From assembly GCA_041658955.1 (NCBI GenBank), contig JBAZZE010000004.1, positions 1-57,031 of the forward strand: 57,031 nt of DNA. The letters are read 5' to 3'. How positions within the stretch are numbered: position 1 is the first letter of the stretch; each line of letters begins with the position of its first letter. Source of the stretch: Candidatus Shapirobacteria bacterium. GTDB lineage: Bacteria; Patescibacteriota; Microgenomatia; UBA12405. The notes below the pieces were generated by a model. It was not told the DNA's origin, did no database searches, and saw only the letters and a list, made by a program, of their open reading frames with translations. The position numbers and the translations under genes were made by a program. Positions 18,533 to 26,881 of the stretch are shown here, piece after piece.

Positions 18533-18671
18533 CTTTACCTACCGGTAGGAAAATATTATTTTTAGTTTAGGCCGATAAATAGATCCTTTTAACTTTTACT
18601 TTTACCCCTTATTCCTTATATATAAGGGAGAGGAATGATACAATCATTCCAGATTCTGCTCTACACATACT

Positions 18672-19445
18672 ATGGACAATCAAAAACTATCCACTCTACA
18701 ACTCAACATTCTTCACTATCTCTATCGCTTTCGCTTCTTAACCAGTCTACAACTTCAAAAACTTCTTACTCACAAAACTATCCGCCTGACTAACTACCAC
18801 TTACAACTACTCACTTCAAAAAATTACATCGGCAAACACTATACACGATCACTAGGCTTAGCTAATCTCCCAGCAGTCTATTATCTAACGTCAGGAAGTA
18901 TCCAGATATTAGAACAACAAGACAATATCGATAAACGAGCCTTGAAACGAATCTACAGAGAAAAAATCAGATCTCAACAATTTATCGCTCATACCTCATT
19001 TTTAGCAGAATACTTCTTACATCTAAGCCAAGAATCAGAAAAAACCAAGCACACACTCCATTTCTTTACTAAAACAGATCTACTGGCACACCCCTACATG
19101 CCTCACCCATTACCCGATGCTTATTTTGCTCGGGTAGATATTGCAGGCAATACAAAAAGATACTTTGTCGAAGTAGTTGAAGATAGCTCGCCTCGGTTTG
19201 CCTTGCGCAAGCGAGTCCAAGAGTTCTGTGATTATATCGATGACGGAAAATTTGAGGAGGCGACTAACCATCCATTTCCGGCCATACTTTTTATCTGTCC
19301 TGGATACGGCAGTATGATCTACCTAAAGAAACATATAGCCCGTATTTATGAAGAAACACCGCTTGATCAAGTAGATATATACCTTGCAACTAGAGAGGGT
19401 GCATTTTCAGGACATTGGGAAAAGGTGGAAGCGGAAGACGACTAA
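18672..19445 (+). CDS. Replication-relaxation (Replic_Relax) family protein
   Basis: N-terminal wHTH (RFRFLTSLQLQKL), HTSFLAEYF, PDAYF, YFVEV; directly downstream of the T4CP. Confidence 0.78.
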   Translation: MDNQKLSTLQLNILHYLYRFRFLTSLQLQKLLTHKTIRLTNYHLQLLTSKNYIGKHYTRSLGLANLPAVYYLTSGSIQILEQQDNIDKRALKRIYREKIRSQQFIAHTSFLAEYFLHLSQESEKTKHTLHFFTKTDLLAHPYMPHPLPDAYFARVDIAGNTKRYFVEVVEDSSPRFALRKRVQEFCDYIDDGKFEEATNHPFPAILFICPGYGSMIYLKKHIARIYEETPLDQVDIYLATREGAFSGHWEKVEAEDD

Positions 19446-19943
19446 CTACGGCATAAAGAAATAGTTATATTCATCAAATGGAAAATGCCCAGCGGGTTTA
19501 TTCAAGAGAAGATCTGCCATTTCCCACGCGCTCATAGATTCCGATATTCTATATTCTGCGTTTGTGTCGATAGTGCCGTCCTTGCCCACTTTGATTGCCT
19601 TGTCGCTTGGCGTGGTGTCTTTGGTGTGTTCTAGAGCGTATCTGAACGCTTTTTCATCTCGCACAAATCCATAATAGAAAAGATTCCCTATAAGTGCATC
19701 GAGTGTTACATCTGTACTAATCCTTAAATCTGCTGTTCCATCTACTCCTGGCTTCGATCTTATCTGTTCGGCTTCTGCTACGGGCATATGAAGGCGTTCA
19801 ATAAAATAATCTTCTACCTTTTTGGCTGATTCCCAATCTTTCCCTGGCGCTTTGAAATTTTCCTCGTTTGGTTTGGTAAAGAAATAATAACCACCGGTTG
19901 CCAACAATAAAAGCACAACCAATATTATTACTTTCTTGATCAT
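19446..19943 (-). CDS. Membrane-anchored protein resembling the MltG/YceG N-terminal domain
   Basis: Signal anchor; NLFYYGFVRDEKAF and EYRISESMSAWEMADLL resemble the YceG N-terminus; no catalytic domain follows. Confidence 0.5.
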   Translation of the reverse strand: MIKKVIILVVLLLLATGGYYFFTKPNEENFKAPGKDWESAKKVEDYFIERLHMPVAEAEQIRSKPGVDGTADLRISTDVTLDALIGNLFYYGFVRDEKAFRYALEHTKDTTPSDKAIKVGKDGTIDTNAEYRISESMSAWEMADLLLNKPAGHFPFDEYNYFFMP

Positions 19944-19966
19944 GCCTTTATTATAGACCTTTTAAG

Positions 19967-20170
19967 CTAGTAGTCGCCTAGGCGTCTCCCAAGTACGTAA
20001 GCAATTTCCTTTCTGCCTTCTTCTGTTTGCCTAAACTCATTAAACAGTCGAGCCCCTTTATCGCTTAAGAGCGGGATAAACTCGGGTAACGTATCCATTT
20101 CAATTTTTCTAAACTCTTGCAGTCGTAAATCGACTGTATAACCTTTAAATACTGGTAATACTCTGATCAT
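19967..20170 (-). CDS. Small hypothetical protein (67 aa)
   Basis: GAAAGGA SD upstream; co-oriented with the DUF2958 gene. Confidence 0.65.
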   Translation of the reverse strand: MIRVLPVFKGYTVDLRLQEFRKIEMDTLPEFIPLLSDKGARLFNEFRQTEEGRKEIAYVLGRRLGDY

Positions 20171-20229
20171 ATATTTTCCTTTCTCGGATACCCATCCGCG
20201 GGGTTGGGGCCCCGCGGTGGGTACAATAT

Positions 20230-20544
20230 TTATAATTTTGCACTGGGCATAACTTCGCTGATTCTCTTCTCGTCAAAATACAAATCTCTCTCAATCCCTA
20301 ATCCAAAGTTGCCATGATAGCTTTCGAGTTCATCCAGAGAAAAAGAGCCCCATTCGTCATTCCAATCCCCAAAGATGGAAACAAATCCGAAAAACTCTCT
20401 CGATGCTGGATCGTACTCGGTTGCGTACCATGTACCCGCGCCTGTTGGGTTAAAGAATTTCGCAACCACAACAGGATCGCTACTGTCTTCTTGTCTGCCT
20501 ACCTTGGCGAACCTTTCTAATAGTCCTTTTGTAAGTAGTTTCAT
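20230..20544 (-). CDS. DUF2958 domain protein
   Basis: VVAKFFNPTGAGTWYATE, FFGFV, EWGSFSLDEL, IERDLYF; SD AAGGAGGTG. Confidence 0.85.
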   Translation of the reverse strand: MKLLTKGLLERFAKVGRQEDSSDPVVVAKFFNPTGAGTWYATEYDPASREFFGFVSIFGDWNDEWGSFSLDELESYHGNFGLGIERDLYFDEKRISEVMPSAKL

Positions 20545-20586
20545 AATTTCTCACCTCCTTTTTGGCTTATTCCCGAAATTAATAGT

Positions 20587-20719
20587 TGGGAAGTATGGCC
20601 ATACTTCCCATACCAGGGGAACCCTCAAGCAGGGTGAAATTTTGCAAGGGCAAACGAAGTGCAGTTTATTGGAGGCGTAGCCGGAAACCCTTGCAAAAAG
20701 AGGGGTAAGACCCCTTCTT
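20587..20719. repeat. Cluster of inverted repeats
   Basis: Perfect 24-bp palindrome 20587-20610; 11-bp arms TTTTGCAAGGG (20640-20650) / CCCTTGCAAAA (20688-20698); AGGGGT-AAG-ACCCCT near 20701-20715. Confidence 0.85.
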
Positions 20720-20743
20720 ACTGTGTTGTGATATAACTAATTT

Positions 20744-21214
20744 GTGCCTAAAACGAAGCTTATAAAAGTTGATACAGAGTTTGTCCAAAAATGGGCTGGT
20801 GTTCTTGAATCAACTTTTGATGAACACGGAATGCTGACAAAGGTAATGGAAGTAAATCTTCAGGATAAAGGTGTTGAATACAGGCTCAGCATTGTCGCTG
20901 GACTCAAATTGAAATATATTATTGAGCTTGAACCCGATATAGCATTAGCAATGGCTTCACCTACGGGACATGTAAAGATAGAAGCGCCGATTCCCGGAAC
21001 CCAATTTGTAGGCATTACGGTTCCAAAACCCAAAGAAGCCGAACCCGTGAAGGAACAGAAACTTAAAGTGGTACATCTGACAAAAGAAGTAAAAGTCCCA
21101 GAATATTCATTTATTGAAGTAACTCGTGACCTGTTTACACTAGTGTTTAGATCAATCGGAAAATATAGCTATATTTTGGCTGAGAAAACTCAAAAAATCG
21201 GACAGAAGAAATAG
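20744..21214 (+). CDS. Stand-alone FtsK alpha-domain protein
   Basis: YRLSIVAGLKLKYIIELEPDIALAMA...VKIEAPIPGTQFVGITVP; no Walker motifs; GTG start. Confidence 0.72.
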   Translation: MPKTKLIKVDTEFVQKWAGVLESTFDEHGMLTKVMEVNLQDKGVEYRLSIVAGLKLKYIIELEPDIALAMASPTGHVKIEAPIPGTQFVGITVPKPKEAEPVKEQKLKVVHLTKEVKVPEYSFIEVTRDLFTLVFRSIGKYSYILAEKTQKIGQKK

Positions 21215-21219
21215 AAAAA

Positions 21220-23310
21220 TTACTTGTCCAGAATAACCTTTATATCGGTCTTCTCCAAGTCTAAATGTTCAGCTAATTTAACGACAATATCTCGCTTGAG
21301 ATTGGTGTTCGTATTATTTTCATAAAAATATGAGGTTTCATTTATCGCATTAGGTGTCCTGAGTTCGCTTGAATCTGAGGTTATATATCGATGCAAAAAG
21401 TCGTCACTTGTTACATAGTCATAGAGTTTGTCATCTAACATGAATAGTTTAGTAAGTATTGTCCCAAGCACAGCAGCCCAACTATTACACTCTGTAACTT
21501 CACCAAGTATTGAAACTCCCTTTACTTTCGATCCCGTTAGGTCCTTATCATCATAGAACGAGAGCTCAGTTTCATTCACAACGGGAACAAAGTTAGTCTT
21601 TGGAAGTGGCCAAATCTTTTCAATTTGGTCATACCACCATGATTCGCGTTCCTCTAGCGCTAGAATATCCCATTTTTCTTTATTCTTTACGTATTGATTA
21701 ATCAGGAGAGGGCTTTCGTTGAATCCATTTTCTGTCGTCTTTTTGATCTCAAAATCGTTGTTTGAATACTTTGAGTTATATCCTGTTAACGTCAGGTTCG
21801 GCAGAGTATGTAAATATTGCTGATGGATTTGTTCGTAATTGTCACCTAAAGACTCAATCCACGCTTTATTCAGAGTTTGGGGCATGACATGTTCAATCGT
21901 GAGCTGAATCTCTTGCTTGGCGATTTGTTTGAGGAGAGTAGATTCTTTGGACTGATCGTCTACGGAACTAAGAACAAAATAAATATAGTAATTTCGCTGA
22001 CTGTACATCGGATTGTTTTTAATAGCGCTCCTGATCTCAGCTTCTTTGGGTATGCGTAGTCCACCAGTTTTATCAGTCAAAATGTATCCAAGTATTTCGG
22101 AATATTTTTGGTCGGGATATTCAGATAGGTATTTCTCTATATCTTTATGGATTGATGAAAATAAGTTGTTAACGCCAGTTGTTGGGATATTGCAAATAAT
22201 TCTTCTCGTTAGATATGTTTCTACACACTCAAAAACTTTATAGAGCTCCGTGTTATCTAATTTTCCGTGGGTGTATTCATCCAAGACTCTCATCAAAAAA
22301 GGGAATGGAGTTTCAAGTTTCAAGTAATTGAGCCTAAATCCCTTATCTGCTACAAATTTATAAACTCCGTCCTCGTCGAGATTAAATTTCAAAAAGATAT
22401 AGTGATATAAATAATCGACAACTTGCCCATAAAATTCTTCTAGCTTTGAGATATCACCCTGAACCTCGCCAATGTACGAATAAAAAAGCTTTTTAAACTC
22501 TGGATATACTTGTTCGATTTTAACTTCCTTCTGTAATTTACTAGTCAGATAAAACTTGAAAAAATCTGAAATGTAGTCTTTATTGATATACGTCAATCGA
22601 CTTTCAATTTTTTGCCAATATTTCTTAAGTACCAGATCTCTCGCTTGGTCGTTATTAAGCATTAGGGCAAAGTTACGAATTTTGTCTCCATCAGTTAGTG
22701 GCTTACCCGTGGAGTTTATGCTCTCAAAAATCTTTTGCGGGTTATCATCAGTAGCGTCTAGCGCGATGGTAACGACCTCAAAATTCTTCAGAATGTCTAT
22801 ATATTTTTGAAGATCCGTTTTCTCTTTAAAATATAGGTAAAATTGCTCATATGCTTGATATAGCTTACTGTCTTTACTGTGTGGGCCAAATTCTCGTTCA
22901 AATATCTGTTCAAATATTTCGTTATCAGTCGTAACAGTGCGCAATTTTATGCGATTTTTCTCTTCATTGTAATCATGACTGTTGTATAAATATTGATCTT
23001 TAATTGCTTGAGCTGGAATTGTAGAGGATGCTGGGTTATCCGAAATTATGTGATATAGAGCAGTCAACATCAATAAAACTGTGGTAGCCCTCTGTTGTCC
23101 GTCGATGATGGTGCTATTGTTTCCCTCATTAAGATAAACAATGCTGCCAAAATAATGATTTTTACTTTTGACTAAGACTGATTCAAGATCATCAATAAAA
23201 GAACTAATATTTGCTTTATCCCATGAATAAGGGCGTTGAAAGTCGGGAATTACGAAGTATTTCCCGGGTGTATAGAGAAACGTATTAATGTTGTCGTGAG
23301 TCACCTTCAT
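21220..23310 (-). CDS. gmrSD: GmrSD-type restriction endonuclease (DUF262 + DUF1524 HNH) with extra C-terminal domain
   Basis: IPDFQRPYSW, IIDGQQRATT, FESINSTGKPL, TIEHVMPQ, NLTL...NSKYSN. Confidence 0.88.
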   Translation of the reverse strand: MKVTHDNINTFLYTPGKYFVIPDFQRPYSWDKANISSFIDDLESVLVKSKNHYFGSIVYLNEGNNSTIIDGQQRATTVLLMLTALYHIISDNPASSTIPAQAIKDQYLYNSHDYNEEKNRIKLRTVTTDNEIFEQIFEREFGPHSKDSKLYQAYEQFYLYFKEKTDLQKYIDILKNFEVVTIALDATDDNPQKIFESINSTGKPLTDGDKIRNFALMLNNDQARDLVLKKYWQKIESRLTYINKDYISDFFKFYLTSKLQKEVKIEQVYPEFKKLFYSYIGEVQGDISKLEEFYGQVVDYLYHYIFLKFNLDEDGVYKFVADKGFRLNYLKLETPFPFLMRVLDEYTHGKLDNTELYKVFECVETYLTRRIICNIPTTGVNNLFSSIHKDIEKYLSEYPDQKYSEILGYILTDKTGGLRIPKEAEIRSAIKNNPMYSQRNYYIYFVLSSVDDQSKESTLLKQIAKQEIQLTIEHVMPQTLNKAWIESLGDNYEQIHQQYLHTLPNLTLTGYNSKYSNNDFEIKKTTENGFNESPLLINQYVKNKEKWDILALEERESWWYDQIEKIWPLPKTNFVPVVNETELSFYDDKDLTGSKVKGVSILGEVTECNSWAAVLGTILTKLFMLDDKLYDYVTSDDFLHRYITSDSSELRTPNAINETSYFYENNTNTNLKRDIVVKLAEHLDLEKTDIKVILDK

Positions 23311-23327
23311 AATGCAATTATACTCAT

Positions 23328-24614
23328 TTATTCATAAAACCAGCTATAGTCAGGGTTTTCAACCTCTACAATCTTACTTTTAAGCATTTTATAGACGCCT
23401 TCTTCCTGAACTGTTTGCCAGGTACCTTCATAAAAGTGCATCTCCGCTTCGTTATCTACCCAGTTTTTTGTAGAGAATTTTACAAATGCCGTATCTTTGC
23501 TGTTCTCAAACTTGTCGGCCTTGATCACATCTACATCAAGAATATCCGTAAACCTCGCAGTCCACTCCTCAAAATTAGTTTTCTTGAGGTATTCTTGACT
23601 CAGTAATTTGAATCCTTCCTCCATTCTTCTAGCTTTTAAGTAGGTATAAAAAGCTTTCACTGCGTCTTCCGGAGATTTAGAAGCATCGACTTCAATTTTC
23701 GTCACATTCTGATCAGTAAATGACGGAATCATCGTGTTGGCCTGATACCCAGAGATAAATAGCGAGAGCCCAGCCAAGGTCATTGTGTTGATTCCAACGA
23801 CATTTCCACATTGATCAGTTAGTGGTCCACCACTCATCCCTTTTACCAGACTAACATCAGTTTGGATATATACGACAGGGTCTCTTTTTGATTTACGATA
23901 CGCAATAAAGTTTCCTTTGGCAATGGTGGCCTGACCTACCAAGTCCGTACCGAGTGGGTAGCCGGTGGCGATAAGCGGTTCGTCTTCATATATCGTTAAT
24001 TCATCATTAGGCAGAGGCAATACTAGGTCAAGATAAGATTTATCCGTCGTCAAAACAGCGAGATCAGCGTCTTTGTTGCCTGTGATCTTGATTGGGGTAA
24101 AAAATTTGCCGTCTGGTAAAATTACTTTTGGACTAGGTTCATCTGCTATCACATGGAAATTGGTGAGGATTTGATTCTGGTTGATAAAGAAGCCTGTACC
24201 CTCGGAATACCCGCCTACAATGCGTACTACAGAGCCTTGTAGTTTATCTTTAGCTCCTATTGAGCATAGGAATTTACCATAGAAACCATATTGTGTTCTT
24301 AGGTAATCGGCAATCACGAAGAGTGAAGCTGCCATATAGATAACCACCCCTAGTATAAAAAGGGACTTGAGAAAATTCCGTAGTCCCCGGAAGGGATAAA
24401 TAATTGTTTCTATTAAAATTTTAAGCAAGGAGAACATCAACCGAAATATAAATCTGATCAGATAATATGCGGAGTAGGTAACGAGCTTAATTGGAAATAA
24501 ATACACCGGAAAGAGAAGTTTGTGAAAATAGGCTTTGAGTCGAAGTGTGTATTTAGCCCAGAGTTGCCTCAGATTTTTAATGAGGACATCAATCTTTTTT
24601 TCCAATAAGTCCAT
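23328..24614 (-). CDS. Membrane-anchored trypsin-like (S1) serine protease
   Basis: GTGFFI, LTNFHV (His), DLAVL (Asp), GMSGGPL (Ser); hydrophobic N-terminus; extra C-terminal domain. Confidence 0.88.
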   Translation of the reverse strand: MDLLEKKIDVLIKNLRQLWAKYTLRLKAYFHKLLFPVYLFPIKLVTYSAYYLIRFIFRLMFSLLKILIETIIYPFRGLRNFLKSLFILGVVIYMAASLFVIADYLRTQYGFYGKFLCSIGAKDKLQGSVVRIVGGYSEGTGFFINQNQILTNFHVIADEPSPKVILPDGKFFTPIKITGNKDADLAVLTTDKSYLDLVLPLPNDELTIYEDEPLIATGYPLGTDLVGQATIAKGNFIAYRKSKRDPVVYIQTDVSLVKGMSGGPLTDQCGNVVGINTMTLAGLSLFISGYQANTMIPSFTDQNVTKIEVDASKSPEDAVKAFYTYLKARRMEEGFKLLSQEYLKKTNFEEWTARFTDILDVDVIKADKFENSKDTAFVKFSTKNWVDNEAEMHFYEGTWQTVQEEGVYKMLKSKIVEVENPDYSWFYE

Positions 24615-24619
24615 AATTA

Positions 24620-25435
24620 TTATTCCGACGTCTTCTCGAGTTTTTCAATCAACTGCTCAAGCTCTTTAAGTAAGGGGTGACTCCATTGTTCTTTAGCCAT
24701 CTTTAGTACTTCCTTCTCGAACCAAACCTTTTTATCCTTGCCTCGATTAAACTTTGTCCAGAGTTTTGACCCTTCCTTTTCGTATTGTTCAAAGAAAGAA
24801 TGAAGATTAGCAATCTTATCAACCACACTCACCATAATTGCTTTCTCTCCACCTTTCCGCACACTCTCAACATACTTTGACTTTTTCTTTTCCCAATCGG
24901 TTGAATCTGACAATTCCTCATCATTTGATACTGCTTTAACGATCCTTAATACTTCCAGACCACAAGCATCTTCTACTTCATATTCCTGACATTTCGTGTC
25001 CTCAAGTAAGTCATGGCAATATCCGGCTGCAATCACTTCTGGTGGAAAATTGTTTTTCCAGAGCATGTGAGCAACTTCGAGTGGGTGTTCAACGTAGGGA
25101 TGACCATCTCCTTTGCGCTTTTGACCGGCATGAAACTTCTTCATTAGAAAAACGGCATTAAATACCTCTTGAGATAATAGTAAAGAGCTAACACGAAGTA
25201 ATTCTTTTCCTCCGGATAGCAACGCAAACTCATATCCGCCGTCTTCAGCGGTCTCAAGCCACTGTTTATACGACTTCATCTTCGGATTTTCATGGAAGAA
25301 TCCACCTAGTGCAGTATCCAACATCTTTTCAAGATCACCACCTTGAGCAAGGATGGTGTATTTTTCGTCATCGAAAATATCAGCTAGAGGGTAAGAGTCG
25401 AGTAGATCAATTTTTGCTAGTTTATACATAAACAT
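24620..25435 (-). CDS. HD-domain protein, RelA/SpoT hydrolase (Mesh1/SAH)-like, with N-terminal extension
   Basis: HAGQKRKGDGHPYVEHP, HDLLEDT, DKIANL, FNRG. Confidence 0.82.
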   Translation of the reverse strand: MFMYKLAKIDLLDSYPLADIFDDEKYTILAQGGDLEKMLDTALGGFFHENPKMKSYKQWLETAEDGGYEFALLSGGKELLRVSSLLLSQEVFNAVFLMKKFHAGQKRKGDGHPYVEHPLEVAHMLWKNNFPPEVIAAGYCHDLLEDTKCQEYEVEDACGLEVLRIVKAVSNDEELSDSTDWEKKKSKYVESVRKGGEKAIMVSVVDKIANLHSFFEQYEKEGSKLWTKFNRGKDKKVWFEKEVLKMAKEQWSHPLLKELEQLIEKLEKTSE

Positions 25436-25471
25436 CCTTTTAGACTTACTTATCGGCTATAATCGCATTAT

Positions 25472-26881
25472 ATGCTAACTAAATCAGATTTTCTTCTATT
25501 TCTAGAGGCTCCCATGCACTTGTGGGCAAAAGAGCATGGAAAGTTGCAGATAACGGCTCCATCAACCTATGACCAGCATCTCATGTTGCAAGGGTACGAG
25601 GTTGAAAAGGTTGCACATGACTACCTTACCCAATATGTACTTCCTAAATACAAAAATGCCGAACTGCTTTGGCAACAAACATATATGTCGGGTGAGTATC
25701 AATCTCGAGCCGATGGAATTATCCATGACCTAGACACAGATACTTATGATATCTACGAAATCAAGAGCTCCACTTCAGAGAAAAAAGATCATTTACCGGA
25801 TGCTGCTTTCCAATCTATTGTTATTGGAGACACTCTCACCATTGGCTCGATTCACTTAATACTCCTCAACGATGAGTATGTTCGAGGTGATTCTCTCGAT
25901 ATAGAACAACTATTTAAAGTACCCGATGTAACCAGTGATGTAGCTGAAATGACTCCAACTGTACAATCACAAATGAGAGAGGCGTTACGAATAGTAAAAA
26001 CGGATAGTTCCGATACTTTCCTCAATTGTCTTAATCCAAAGTGCTGTCCGTGCATGAATCTATGTCACCCCGATTTACCACAATACTCGATCTACAACAT
26101 TCCCAATCTCGCTCCGAAAAAACGCAGGCAGTTAGAAGAGGCTAAAACGATTGCAATCGAAGATATTGACCTAAATTTCACCTTTACACCCAAACAACAG
26201 AAGATCGTAGATGTCATGCAAAGCAAGACTCCATTTATCGACAAATCGACGATCCTAACGCTATTCCACGGGCTTACATACCCGTTATATTTCCTAGACT
26301 ATGAAACATACGACGAAGCCATGCCCCTCTACAAAGGCCATAAACCATACCAGAAAATGGTATTTCAGTATTCACTTCATATTGTTAGCAGTAATAGTGA
26401 AGAAATTCAGCACGAAGAGTATGTAGCTCTGGAGCCTGGCGATCCCGCAAGAGAGCTTGTAAGACATCTCCGAAGCCGTATTAGCGGAACTGGCTCAGTC
26501 ATAGTCTGGAATAAGGCGTTTGAAGGTGGACGAAACAAAGAAATGGCGGAGCTATACCCCGAATATAAAGATTTTCTACTAGATATAAACAATCGCATGT
26601 TCGATCTGATGGAAATTGTATCTAAGGGGTATTATCTCCACCCAGACTTTAAAGGCAGATGGTCGATTAAAAACGTATTGCCTGTTATGGTGCCAGAACT
26701 AAGCTATAACGATCTTGCAATCAATAAAGGTGATATGGCCATGATTGCATGGTGGGAGATGGTGCATAGTAACGACACGACTGCGAAACAAAGAACCGCC
26801 GACTCACTCCTTCAATACTGTGGATTAGATACACTAGCAATGGTGAAGATTTGGGAAAAGCTAAAAGAAATTATTGTCTAG
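25472..26881 (+). CDS. DUF2779-containing protein (RecB-like nuclease plus DEDD-like exonuclease fold)
   Basis: LTKSDF, ADGI...YEIKSST, YFLDYET, FQYSLH, VWNKAFE, SIKNVLP, YCGLDT. Confidence 0.8.
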   Translation: MLTKSDFLLFLEAPMHLWAKEHGKLQITAPSTYDQHLMLQGYEVEKVAHDYLTQYVLPKYKNAELLWQQTYMSGEYQSRADGIIHDLDTDTYDIYEIKSSTSEKKDHLPDAAFQSIVIGDTLTIGSIHLILLNDEYVRGDSLDIEQLFKVPDVTSDVAEMTPTVQSQMREALRIVKTDSSDTFLNCLNPKCCPCMNLCHPDLPQYSIYNIPNLAPKKRRQLEEAKTIAIEDIDLNFTFTPKQQKIVDVMQSKTPFIDKSTILTLFHGLTYPLYFLDYETYDEAMPLYKGHKPYQKMVFQYSLHIVSSNSEEIQHEEYVALEPGDPARELVRHLRSRISGTGSVIVWNKAFEGGRNKEMAELYPEYKDFLLDINNRMFDLMEIVSKGYYLHPDFKGRWSIKNVLPVMVPELSYNDLAINKGDMAMIAWWEMVHSNDTTAKQRTADSLLQYCGLDTLAMVKIWEKLKEIIV

